NCBI GenBank assembly: GCA_964016885.1
Contig: CAXHJY010000332.1
Span: 1 to 57,781 of the forward strand
Direction of reading: 5' to 3'
DNA length: 57,781 nucleotides
DNA from: Eledone cirrhosa
Lineage: Eukaryota
Shown: one piece after another, positions 1 to 17,300 of the stretch
Layout: the number at the start of each line of letters is the position of its first letter
How positions within the stretch are numbered: position 1 is the stretch's first letter
Position numbers and translations under genes: made by a program
The notes under the pieces: model-generated
What the model was told of the DNA's origin: nothing
The model's input: only the letters and a program-made list of their open reading frames with translations
Database searches by the model: none

Positions 1-3
1 TGT

Positions 4-55
<52 letters not shown>

Positions 56-73
56 GTATATGTATATATGTAT

Positions 74-570
74 ATCATCATCATCATCAACGTTTAACGT
101 CCGTGTTCCACGCTTGCATGGGTTTGGACGGGGGTTTTTCCACTTGAGGCAAGAGTGATTGTCTTGCTCGCATAGGACCGTCTGGCAGGTTTTCTACAGT
201 TGGATGCTCTTCCTAACACCAACCACATTTACAGTGCGGGTCTGGGAGGTTTTCATTTGTTTCGGCCTGGATGGTGTGGCACCAACATAACTTTACATAG
301 AAGAGGGTGGTGTGGATGGCGTGGGGGTGGTGGGACGGGGGTGTATTTTGTTAGAGATGCCTACTGACTGTAGTTGGTTTTACTATGTATTTAGGTAAGG
401 CGGGTCTTCTCTATTACTGAGTACCGCCAAAGGTCTCGGTCCAGTGACATTGTCTTGGAGAGGTGTAAGTGTGTGAGGTCAGAGTTTATCAGCTCGTCCC
501 AGGTTTTTCTAGGTCTGCCTATTCCGTGGCTACCGTCTATCTTTATAGCCCTGCACTTTGTTATACAGCT
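74..570 (-). mobile_element. RTE LINE family B, 3' fragment (ORF end + 3'UTR + (GAT)n tail)
   Basis: Reverse complement matches the C-terminus and 3'UTR of the copies at 2749-5492 and 7445-8844. (CAT)n at 74-89 abuts a TA tract. Confidence 0.9.
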
Positions 571-1726
<1,156 letters not shown>

Positions 1727-1930
1727 GTATTAGTTATACTATTTATGGTTATGTAAACACAAAACCTTAAGCAGTTGTAAGTATTTTACACACATCCTAA
1801 ATAGTGGTAGGCAGTAATGTATTACTACCGTATTACCAGTAAGTTAAGTAGCTCAATGTAAAAACATCAGATGATTTACAGAGCAGTTATATGAAATATA
1901 AGAATCAAAGAACTGTTCAAAACATTATTG

Positions 1931-1977
1931 TGCTTACAGCTGTTTCCTCCAAACCGAGGTTTGGATTCTTCGGAGCA
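1931..1977 (-). ncRNA. Minimal type I hammerhead ribozyme (variant core CCGAAGA)
   Basis: Reverse complement of 2594-2640. Confidence 0.65.
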
Positions 1978-2593
1978 ATTTATTAATGCATGGACAGTTA
2001 TATGACCTCCTTTTCAGCCGAGAGACATACCAATACATATTCAAACATTGATACATATTCAAACATTGTGGGTCAACATTCATTACAGAATTTAGAGTGG
2101 CAGTACACACTTCGAGATTACATTTATATTAATAGGTACAATCAAAAATCAAAGATATAGGTTAAAGTACAACATGAAGATAAGTGGTTATATAGTGCAA
2201 ATGTTATATGTGTGGCACGCATGTGCGTCTTGTTTATATAGTGTGGCAGAGGGATATGTGTGGTAGAGGCACTTAGGTAGGTTATTTACCTACCTAAGTG
2301 CCTCTACCACACATATCTCTCTGCCACACTATATAAACAAGACGCACATGCGTGCCACACATATAACATTTGCACTATATAACCACTTATCTTCAGGTTG
2401 TACTTTAACCTATATCTTTGATTTTTAAATTTTACCTATTAATATAAATGTAATCTCGAAATGTGTACTGCCACTCTAAATTCTGTAATGAATGTTGACC
2501 CACAATGTTTGAATATGTATCAATGTTTGAATATGTATTGGTATGTCTCTCGGCTGAAAAGGAGGTCATATAACTGTCCATGCATTAATAAAT

Positions 2594-2640
2594 TGCTCCG
2601 AAGAATCCAAACCTCGGTTTGGAGGAAACAGCTGTAAGCA
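2594..2640 (+). ncRNA. Minimal type I hammerhead ribozyme (variant core CCGAAGA)
   Basis: TGCT-CCGAAGA-A-TCCAAACC-TC-GGTTTGGA-G-GAAA-CAGCTG-TA-AGCA. Stem I TGCT/AGCA, 8-bp stem II, palindromic stem III, GUA site. Deviations: U4C and an A.G pair at 10.1/11.1. Confidence 0.65.
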
Positions 2641-2701
2641 CAATAATGTTTTGAACAGTTCTTTGATTCTTATATTTCATATGTATATATATATATATAT
2701 G

Positions 2702-2748
<47 letters not shown>

Positions 2749-2750
<2 letters not shown>

Positions 2751-5489
2751 CATCATCATCATCATCATCATCAGGTCTAGCGTCCGTGTTCCACGCTTGC
2801 ATGGGTTTGGACGGGGGCTTTCCCACTTGAGGCAAGAGTGGTTGTCTTGCTCGCATAGGACTGTCTGGCGGGTTTTCTACAGTTGGATGCCCTTCCTAAC
2901 ACCAACCACATTTACAGTGTGGGGCTGTGAGGTTTTTACCGTGTTGCCTACATGGCCACATTACAGCGTGGACTGTCTGGCGGGTTTTCTACAGCTGGAT
3001 GCCCTTGCTAACACCAACCACATTTACAGTGTGGGGCTGGGAGGTTTTTACCGTGTTGCCTACACGGCCACATTTACAGCGTGGACTGTGTGTTTTTTGT
3101 CGTGACACCTACACGATATCATTTGTTTCGGCCTGGATGTTGTGGGACCAACATAACTTTACATTGAAAGGGGCGGTGTGGGTGGGGTTGAGGTGGTGGG
3201 ACGGGGGTGTGTTTTGATAGAGATGCCTACTGACTGTAGTAGGTTTTTACTTTGTATTTAAGTAAGGCGGGTCTTCTCTATTACTGAGTACCGCCAAAGG
3301 TCTCGGTCCAGTGACATTGTCTTGGAGAGGTGTAAGCGTGTGAGGTCGGAATTTATCAGCTCGTCCCATGTTTTTCTGGGTCTGCCTACTCCGTGGCTAC
3401 CGTCTATCTTTATTGCCCTGCACTTTGTTATACAGCTGTCGTCTTTCATGCGCATCACGTGACCGTACCAACGTAGCCTTCTCTCGAGTAAACAACATCT
3501 GATCCCTCTTATCTCTAATTTTTTCCTTAGTTCGTTTATGCTTTGCCGTTCACGTATATTACTATTGCACATCCAGCGGAGCATGCAAGCTTCGTTCCTC
3601 TCTAGTTTGCGTATATCCTCTGCACACAATGCCCAGGTCTCACTGCCATGCAGCATTGCTGTTCGTATGCAGGCATCGTATAACCTGCCTTTCATTTTTA
3701 GGGAGAACCCTCTAGCGGCTAATAGTGGTATAAGCTCTCTGAACTTTTTCCATCCAGTTCTGACTCTAGCTACTGTACTTTCAGAGCACCCTCCCCCACT
3801 GCTGATTTTGTCACCCAGATAACGGAAGCTGTCCACTATTTCTATAGAACCCTCTGCGCAGTTGAAGGAGCTAGTATTTTGTGGGCACTTGCTGCTACTT
3901 ATTGCACCAGAGCACCGGCCACATGTAAAATCTATGTTCTTAGTTAGCTTACCTGTGATCCCACTACATCTTTTATGCACCCATACTTTGCATTTGGGAC
4001 ATAAAATGGAGTTTCTACCTACGCCTTTCCTACACACTGAGCATGGCCATTTCCCAGATGGGACCGCTGCCTTATTTTCTTTCCTACAAACTATAACTTT
4101 AGTCTTAGCCAGGTTAATTTTAAGGCCTTTTGATTCTAGGCCGTGCTTCCATGTTTGGAATTTCTTCTCTAGTTCGGTCATTGATTCAGCTATGAGCGTT
4201 AGATCATCTGCGTATAGGAGTTCCCATGGGCAGCCTGTCTTGAACTCCTCTGTTATAGCCTGAAGGGCAATAATAAATAGTAGGGGGCTAAGAACAGAGC
4301 CCTGATGGACACCAACTTTTACACTAAACTCTTCACTATATTCGTTGTTAATTCTAACCTTACTGACTGTTTCTTTATACATGGCTTGTATAGCTCTCAC
4401 AAGCCATTCGTCAACACCTAGTTTTCTAAGAGACCACCAGATAATGGAACGGGGGACTCTGTCGGAGGCTTTCTCCAAGTCGACGAAAGCTAAGTATAGG
4501 GGTTTACTTTTAGCTAGGTACTTCTCCTGTAGTTGTCGTACAATGAAAAGAGCGTCTGTGGTACTTTTGCCTGACACAAACCCGAACTGCATTTCATCTA
4601 GATCAATTCTCTCTCTGATTAGTTGCGCTATTACTTTTTCCGTGACCTTCATGACCTGGTCGATTAATTTAATGCCTCTATAGTTACTCCTATCTAGGGC
4701 ATCTCCTTTTCCCTTATAGCAGTTAACGATGATGCTGCTACGCCATGCCTTCGGAACAACCCCATTCTGTACGACTTGGTTAACTATCCGGGTGACCATG
4801 GTGTGTCCCACCGAACCAGATGCCTTCAGCATCTCAGCAACTATTTCCGAAGGCCCAGCCGCCTTACCCGTCTTCATATCTTTGATTGCCTTACTTATTA
4901 TACTACCTTCAACTAAAACTGCTGGTCCCTCTATTGGATCGATCTGGGGGAGACTGTCTTTCTCCCATTTGTTCTCCTCATTTAGAAGCCTTTCGTAGTG
5001 ACACTTCCAAGCTACCTTCTTATCAGCGTCGGTGATGGCAAGTATGCCATCATCGTTAAGTACACACTTCTCCCCGACAATATCACGGTTTTCCTTGACA
5101 CATTGCCTGGCAATCCTGAACACCTCACGTTTTTGAACATGCTTGAACTTTCTTTCCTCTGCTTCCCTTCTTGCGAAGTACACTTGTCTCCTAGCTTCCC
5201 TCCTGGCCACTTGATAGTCTTCTCTACTTCCCCCATCCCGCCATACTTTCCAAGCCTGCTTTTTGGCCTTAATTGACTCCTCCACCTTACTGTTCCACCA
5301 CCATGTTACTCTCCTCCTACCTACAGGCCTGCTCCAGCCACAGACTTCGTCTGCCGCCGTCAGCAGGTTTGCTCTCAGGAATTCCCACTGTTCCTCTATA
5401 TTATACGACTCTAATTGCTCTTCCTTACTGTCGAAAGCGTCAAGTAATATGCTTTGAAATTTATTTCTGGCCATGGGGTCCTTTAGCTT

Positions 5490-5492
<3 letters not shown>
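2749..5492 (-). mobile_element. RTE LINE family B, 5'-truncated
   Basis: RT ORF, 3'UTR with a duplicated AGGAAGGGCATCCA-type module, (GAT)n tail. Both ends lie in TA tracts. Confidence 0.95.
3258..5492 (-). pseudogene. Truncated RTE ORF2 (RT + PHD-like finger; no APE)
   Basis: Motifs YRGIKL, QFGF, FVDLEKA(S)DRV, GVHQGSVLSPLLF, LYADD, RRLRWYGHVMR, GRPRKTW. The N-terminal YIYI of the predicted ORF is microsatellite. Confidence 0.92.
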
Positions 5493-5588
<96 letters not shown>

Positions 5589-5590
5589 CA

Positions 5591-8879
<3,289 letters not shown>

Positions 8880-8892
8880 GTATATATATATG

Positions 8893-9667
<775 letters not shown>

Positions 9668-9741
9668 TATACGTATATATGCATATATATATATGTATAT
9701 ATGTACAAGCTGACGCTTATATGTATATATATATATGTATA

Positions 9742-10044
9742 CATGGGTATAATCTGAAGCATATAGACAATATGCCCCCACACCCCCCACATCAAGGTGG
9801 TCATAGAGATACCACGGCAAAAAAGCACCCAGCCCACACTGTAAAGTGGACGTGTAGGCGCCACGAAAAAGCACCCAGCACTAACTGTAAATGAGGTTGG
9901 TGTTAGGAAGGGCATCCAGCTGTAGAAATCAAGCCAAATCAGTTCCTGTATGAGCAAGGCATGGTCAGCCGACCGGACACTGCCCACAACAGGACAACCC
10001 GTCTAACCCATGCTAGCGTGGAAGAACGAACGTAAAACGATGAT
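9742..10044 (+). mobile_element. RTE family A 3'UTR-only fragment
   Basis: Diverged match to 22367-22674. Confidence 0.88.
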
Positions 10045-10051
10045 ATATGTG

Positions 10052-10102
<51 letters not shown>

Positions 10103-10448
10103 GTGTATATCCATATATACATATATATACATATATACATATATATACATATATACATATATACATACATATATATACATATATGTATATATATATATAT
10201 ATGTATATATCCATATATACATATATATACATATATACATATATATACATATATACATATATACATACATATATATACATATATGTATATATATATATAT
10301 ATGTATATATCCATATATACATACATATATATACATATATACATACATATATATACATATATATATATATATATACATATATATATGTATATATCCATAT
10401 ATACATATATATACATATATACATATATATATATACATATATATATAC

Positions 10449-10511
<63 letters not shown>

Positions 10512-10687
10512 CATATATATATATATACATATATATATATACATATATACATATATATATATACATATATATATACACATATATACATATATATATATAC
10601 ATATATATATACATATATATATACATATATATATACATATATATATATACATATATACATATATATATATACATATATATATACATA
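10045..10687. repeat. Imperfect (TA)n/(TACA) microsatellite
   Basis: Directly visible. Confidence 0.97.
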
Positions 10688-11207
10688 TGAAACTTTTTCA
10701 TTATTTACTAAACCTTGTTTATATTTGTTCTGGCTCGTTAATTTATTAACCCGCCATTGAACCACACTGGCACTTGGTTGGACAATACATGCGTACCTTA
10801 GCGCCTTGTGCGTGAAAGGACGTATTTCATATTACTACTACCTCCACAAACGTTGAGAACAAACCGGGTCATTCCGACTGCTGCTGATAACAGCTGTGGC
10901 TAGTTTGACCTACCTCCTTTTGCCTCTATCTTTACTACGGCCCTTGATAATCCTGTTCTACATCATCCACTCTCATCCCAGGAACAGTCTTTGATAGCGC
11001 TAGTTTGTGATTTAAATTCAGGAATTTTATATTCTTTGAATGAAAAGAACCTTCTGACGAGAATCTCTCTTTGCAACGAAGGCCGTATGGCCTACGTTTT
11101 ATTTTTGGGATTCGAAACCGATCGGTAAAGGTAACTATAGTAGGTAAAGTCAATTTTTTAAAATTTATTTTGAAACTTTTTCATTATTTACTAAACCTTG
11201 TTTATAT
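10688..11207 (+). mobile_element. 483-bp non-coding unit with a 37-bp terminal direct repeat and a hammerhead (retrozyme or pLTR-like)
   Basis: TGAAACTTTTTCATTATTTACTAAACCTTGTTTATAT at 10688-10724 and 11171-11207. TA tracts on both sides. Confidence 0.75.
11049..11132 (+). ncRNA. Type I hammerhead ribozyme, canonical core
   Basis: ACCTT-CTGACGA-GAATCTC...(AACG-A-AGGCC-GTAT-GGCCT-A-CGTT)...GGGATTC-GAAA-CCGATCGG-TA-AAGGT. All three stems pair. Predicted cleavage after A11127. Confidence 0.9.
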
Positions 11208-11312
11208 ATATATACATATACATATGTATATATATACATATACATACGTATTATATATATACATACGTTTATATATATATACATATACATATGTATATAT
11301 ATATACATATAC

Positions 11313-14300
11313 ATACGTATTAGCGTTAAATTTAAGTATATGGATATTTACCATGCGACCCTCAGTTTCCCTGCTGTATTAGCGATAAATTTTCGAGGGT
11401 TTCTCTTAGTAGCTTTTTTCATGTCGTTAATATTATGATGTTCCCTGCTGTATTAGCGTTAAATTTTCCCTGCTGTATTAGCGATAAATTTTCGAGGGTT
11501 TCTCTTAGTAGCTTTTTCATGTCGTTAATATTATGATGTTCCCTGCTGTATTAGCGTTAAATTTTCCCTGCTGTATTAGCGATAAATTTTCGAGGGTTTC
11601 TCTTAGTAGCTTTTTTCATGACGTTATTATTGTTAATTTTACTGATGTAGTATTAACTTGGATATTTACCATGCGGTATTCTAATCCTATTGTATCTCTC
11701 TCAGTTATTTACCATGCGACCCTCAGTTCCTACCCCCCCCCCCCCTCTATGCACTTCTTTAAGGCTTACTACCCTGTCTTTAACCTAATTCATTCAATCT
11801 GAAAATATTGAAGAGATAAGACACTTTGCCATTCTTCTCTGCTAAAATGTACCACTGAGCTGATTCAAATTTTCCCAGCCAGCCATCCACCTAATCTACG
11901 AAGGTATTTTAGCCTACATATTGTCGTTAATATTATGATGTTCCCTGCTGTATTAGCGTTAAATTTTCCCTGCTGTATTAGCGATAAATTTTCGAGGGTT
12001 TCTCTTAGTAGCTTTTTCATGTCGTTAATATTATGATGTTCCCTGCTGTATTAGCGTTAAATTTTCCCTGCTGTATTAGCGATAAATTTTCGAGGGTTTC
12101 TCTTAGTAGCTTTTTCATGTCGTTAATATTATGATGTTCCCTGCTGTATTAGCGTTAAATTTTCCCTGCTGTATTAGCGATAAATTTTCGAGGGTTTCTC
12201 TTAGTAGCTTTTTTCATGTCGTTAATATTATGATGTTCCCTGCTGTATTAGCGTTAAATTTTCCCTGCTGTATTAGCGATAAATTTTCGAGGGTTTCTCT
12301 TAGTAGCTTTTTCATGTCGTTAATATTATGATGTTCCCTGCTGTATTAGCGTTAAATTTTCGTATATGGATATTTACGTATTAGCGTTAAATTTAAGTAT
12401 ATGGATATTTACCATGCGACCCTCAGTTTCCCTGCTGTATTAGCGATAAATTTTCGAGGGTTTCTCTTAGTAGCTTTTTTCATGTCGTTAATATTATGAT
12501 GTTCCCTGCTGTATTAGCGTTAAATTTTCCCTGCTGTATTAGCGATAAATTTTCGAGGGTTTCTCTTAGTAGCTTTTTCATGTCGTTAATATTATGATGT
12601 TCCCTGCTGTATTAGCGTTAAATTTTCCCTGCTGTATTAGCGATAAATTTTCGAGGGTTTCTCTTAGTAGCTTTTTTCATGACGTTATTATTGTTAATTT
12701 TACTGATGTAGTATTAACTTGGATATTTACCATGCGGTATTCTAATCCTATTGTATCTCTCTCAGTTATTTACCATGCGACCCTCAGTTCCTACCCCCCC
12801 CCCCCCCCCCTCTATGCACTTCTTTAAGGCTTACTACCCTGTCTTTAACCTAATTCATTCAATCTGAAAATATTGAAGAGATAAGACACTTTGCCATTCT
12901 TCTCTGCTAAAATGTACCACTGAGCTGATTCAAATTTTCCCAGCCAGCCATCCACCTAATCTACGAAGGTATTTTAGCCTACATATTGTCGTTAATATTA
13001 TGATGTTCCCTGCTGTATTAGCGTTAAATTTTCCCTGCTGTATTAGCGATAAATTTTCGAGGGTTTCTCTTAGTAGCTTTTTCATGTCGTTAATATTATG
13101 ATGTTCCCTGCTGTATTAGCGTTAAATTTTCCCTGCTGTATTAGCGATAAATTTTCGAGGGTTTCTCTTAGTAGCTTTTTCATGTCGTTAATATTATGAT
13201 GTTCCCTGCTGTATTAGCGTTAAATTTTCCCTGCTGTATTAGCGATAAATTTTCGAGGGTTTCTCTTAGTAGCTTTTTTCATGTCGTTAATATTATGATG
13301 TTCCCTGCTGTATTAGCGTTAAATTTTCCCTGCTGTATTAGCGATAAATTTTCGAGGGTTTCTCTTAGTAGCTTTTTCATGTCGTTAATATTATGATGTT
13401 CCCTGCTGTATTAGCGTTAAATTTTCGTATATGGATATTTACGTATTAGCGTTAAATTTAAGTATATGGATATTTACCATGCGACCCTCAGTTTCCCTGC
13501 TGTATTAGCGATAAATTTTCGAGGGTTTCTCTTAGTAGCTTTTTTCATGTCGTTAATATTATGATGTTCCCTGCTGTATTAGCGTTAAATTTTCCCTGCT
13601 GTATTAGCGATAAATTTTCGAGGGTTTCTCTTAGTAGCTTTTTCATGTCGTTAATATTATGATGTTCCCTGCTGTATTAGCGTTAAATTTTCCCTGCTGT
13701 ATTAGCGATAAATTTTCGAGGGTTTCTCTTAGTAGCTTTTTTCATGTCGTTAATATTATGATGTTCCCTGCTGTATTAGCGTTAAATTTTCCCTGCTGTA
13801 TTAGCGATAAATTTTCGAGGGTTTCTCTTAGTAGCTTTTTCATGTCGTTAATATTATGATGTTCCCTGCTGTATTAGCGTTAAATTTTCGTATATGGATA
13901 TTTACGTATTAGCGTTAAATTTAAGTATATGGATATTTACCATGCGACCCTCAGTTTCCCTGCTGTATTAGCGATAAATTTTCGAGGGTTTCTCTTAGTA
14001 GCTTTTTTCATGTCGTTAATATTATGATGTTCCCTGCTGTATTAGCGTTAAATTTTCCCTGCTGTATTAGCGATAAATTTTCGAGGGTTTCTCTTAGTAG
14101 CTTTTTCATGTCGTTAATATTATGATGTTCCCTGCTGTATTAGCGTTAAATTTTCCCTGCTGTATTAGCGATAAATTTTCGAGGGTTTCTCTTAGTAGCT
14201 TTTTTCATGTCGTTAATATTATGATGTTCCCTGCTGTATTAGCGTTAAATTTTCCCTGCTGTATTAGCGATAAATTTTCGAGGGTTTCTCTTAGTAGCTT

Positions 14301-17300
14301 TTTCATGTCGTTAATATTATGATGTTCCCTGCTGTATTAGCGTTAAATTTTCGTATATGGATATTTACGTATTAGCGTTAAATTTATGTATATGGATATT
14401 TACCATGCGACCCTCAGTTTCCCTGCTGTATTAGCGATAAATTTTCGAGGGTTTCTCTTAGTAGCTTTTTTCATGTCGTTAATATTATGATGTTCCCTGC
14501 TGTATTAGCGTTAAATTTTCCCTGCTGTATTAGCGATAAATTTTCGAGGGTTTCTCTTAGTAGCTTTTTCATGTCGTTAATATTATGATGTTCCCTGCTG
14601 TATTAGCGTTAAATTTTCCCTGCTGTATTAGCGATAAATTTTCGAGGGTTTCTCTTAGTAGCTTTTTCATGTCGTTAATATTATGATGTTCCCTGCTGTA
14701 TTAGCGTTAAATTTTCCCTGCTGTATTAGCGATAAATTTTCGAGGGTTTCTCTTAGTAGCTTTTTTCATGTCGTTAATATTATGATGTTCCCTGCTGTAT
14801 TAGCGTTAAATTTTCCCTGCTGTATTAGCGATAAATTTTCGAGGGTTTCTCTTAGTAGCTTTTTCATGTCGTTAATATTATGATGTTCCCTGCTGTATTA
14901 GCGTTAAATTTTCGTATATGGATATTTACGTATTAGCGTTAAATTTAAGTATATGGATATTTACCATGCGACCCTCAGTTTCCCTGCTGTATTAGCGATA
15001 AATTTTCGAGGGTTTCTCTTAGTAGCTTTTTTCATGTCGTTAATATTATGATGTTCCCTGCTGTATTAGCGTTAAATTTTCCCTGCTGTATTAGCGATAA
15101 ATTTTCGAGGGTTTCTCTTAGTAGCTTTTTTCATGTCGTTAATATTATGATGTTCCCTGCTGTATTAGCGTTAAATTTTCCCTGCTGTATTAGCGATAAA
15201 TTTTCGAGGGTTTCTCTTAGTAGCTTTTTCATGTCGTTAATATTATGATGTTCCCTGCTGTATTAGCGTTAAATTTTCGTATATGGATATTTACGTATCA
15301 GCGTTAAATTTAAGTATATGGATATTTACCATGCGACCCTCAGTTTCCCTGCTGTATTAGCGATAAATTTTCGAGGGTTTCTCTTAGTAGCTTTTTTCAT
15401 GTCGTTAATATTATGATGTTCCCTGCTGTATTAGCGTTAAATTTTCCCTGCTGTATTAGCGATAAATTTTCGAGGGTTTCTCTTAGTAGCTTTTTTCATG
15501 TCGTTAATATTATGATGTTCCCTGCTGTATTAGCGTTAAATTTTCCCTGCTGTATTAGCGATAAATTTTCGAGGGTTTCTCTTAGTAGCTTTTTCATGTC
15601 GTTAATATTATGATGTTCCCTGCTGTATTAGCGTTAAATTTTCCCTGCTGTATTAGCGATAAATTTTCGAGGGTTTCTCTTAGTAGCTTTTTCATGTCGT
15701 TAATATTATGATGTTCCCTGCTGTATTAGCGTTAAATTTTCGTATATGGATATTTACGTATTAGCGTTAAATTTAAGTATATGGATATTTACCATGCGAC
15801 CCTCAGTTTCCCTGCTGTATTAGCGATAAATTTTCGAGGGTTTCTCTTAGTAGCTTTTTTCATGTCGTTAATATTATGATGTTCCCTGCTGTATTAGCGT
15901 TAAATTTTCCCTGCTGTATTAGCGATAAATTTTCGAGGGTTTCTCTTAGTAGCTTTTTTCATGTCGTTAATATTATGATGTTCCCTGCTGTATTAGCGTT
16001 AAATTTTCCCTGCTGTATTAGCGATAAATTTTCGAGGGTTTCTCTTAGTAGCTTTTTCATGTCGTTAATATTATGATGTTCCCTGCTGTATTAGCGTTAA
16101 ATTTTCCCTGCTGTATTAGCGATAAATTTTCGAGGGTTTCTCTTAGTAGCTTTTTCATGTCGTTAATATTATGATGTTCCCTGCTGTATTAGCGTTAAAT
16201 TTTCGTATATGGATATTTACGTATTAGCGTTAAATTTAAGTATATGGATATTTACCATGCGACCCTCAGTTTCCCTGCTGTATTAGCGATAAATTTTCGA
16301 GGGTTTCTCTTAGTAGCTTTTTTCATGTCGTTAATATTATGATGTTCCCTGCTGTATTAGCGTTAAATTTTCCCTGCTGTATTAGCGATAAATTTTCGAG
16401 GGTTTCTCTTAGTAGCTTTTTTCATGTCGTTAATATTATGATGTTCCCTGCTGTATTAGCGTTAAATTTTCCCTGCTGTATTAGCGATAAATTTTCGAGG
16501 GTTTCTCTTAGTAGCTTTTTCATGTCGTTAATATTATGATGTTCCCTGCTGTATTAGCGTTAAATTTTCCCTGCTGTATTAGCGATAAATTTTCGAGGGT
16601 TTCTCTTAGTAGCTTTTTCATGTCGTTAATATTATGATGTTCCCTGCTGTATTAGCGTTAAATTTTCGTATATGGATATTTACGTATTAGCGTTAAATTT
16701 AAGTATATGGATATTTATTTACCATGCGACCCTCAGTTTCCCTGCTGTATTAGCGATAAATTTTCGACGGTTTCTCTTAGTAGCTTTTTTCATGTCGTTA
16801 ATATTATGATGTTCCCTGCTGTATTAGCGTTAAATTTTCCCTGCTGTATTAGCGATAAATTTTCGAGGGTTTCTCTTAGTAGCTTTTTTCATGTCGTTAA
16901 TATTATGATGTTCCCTGCTGTATTAGCGTTAAATTTTCCCTGCTGTATTAGCGATAAATTTTCGAGGGTTTCTCTTAGTAGCTTTTTCATGTCGTTAATA
17001 TTATGATGTTCCCTGCTGTATTAGCGTTAAATTTTCGTATATGGATATTTACGTATTAGCGTTAAATTTAAGTATATGGATATTTACCATGCGACCCTCA
17101 GTTTCCCTGCTGTATTAGCGATACATTTTCGAGGGTTTCTCTTAGTAGCTTTTTTCATGTCGTTAATATTATGATGTTCCCTGCTGTATTAGCGTTAAAT
17201 TTTCCCTGCTGTATTAGCGATAAATTTTCGAGGGTTTCTCTTAGTAGCTTTTTTCATGTCGTTAATATTATGATGTTCCCTGCTGTATTAGCGTTAAATT

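Larger units (their letters stand above)
1728..2682. mobile_element. Non-coding fold-back element (arms ~1889-2282 and 2288-2682) carrying a hammerhead in each arm; probable PLE pseudo-LTR or retrozyme-like element
   Basis: ~395-bp inverted arms around CTTAGGTAGGT-TATTT-ACCTACCTAAG, with a few mismatches between arms. Flanked by TA tracts. Confidence 0.75.

Noticed and set aside
1889-2682. Palindromes as MITE or DNA-transposon TIRs, or as sequencing fold-back artefacts
   Set aside because: The arms have unequal outer ends, carry hammerheads or PLE ORFs, and differ by substitutions and indels. No transposase is present. An artefact is unlikely but can only be excluded with reads.
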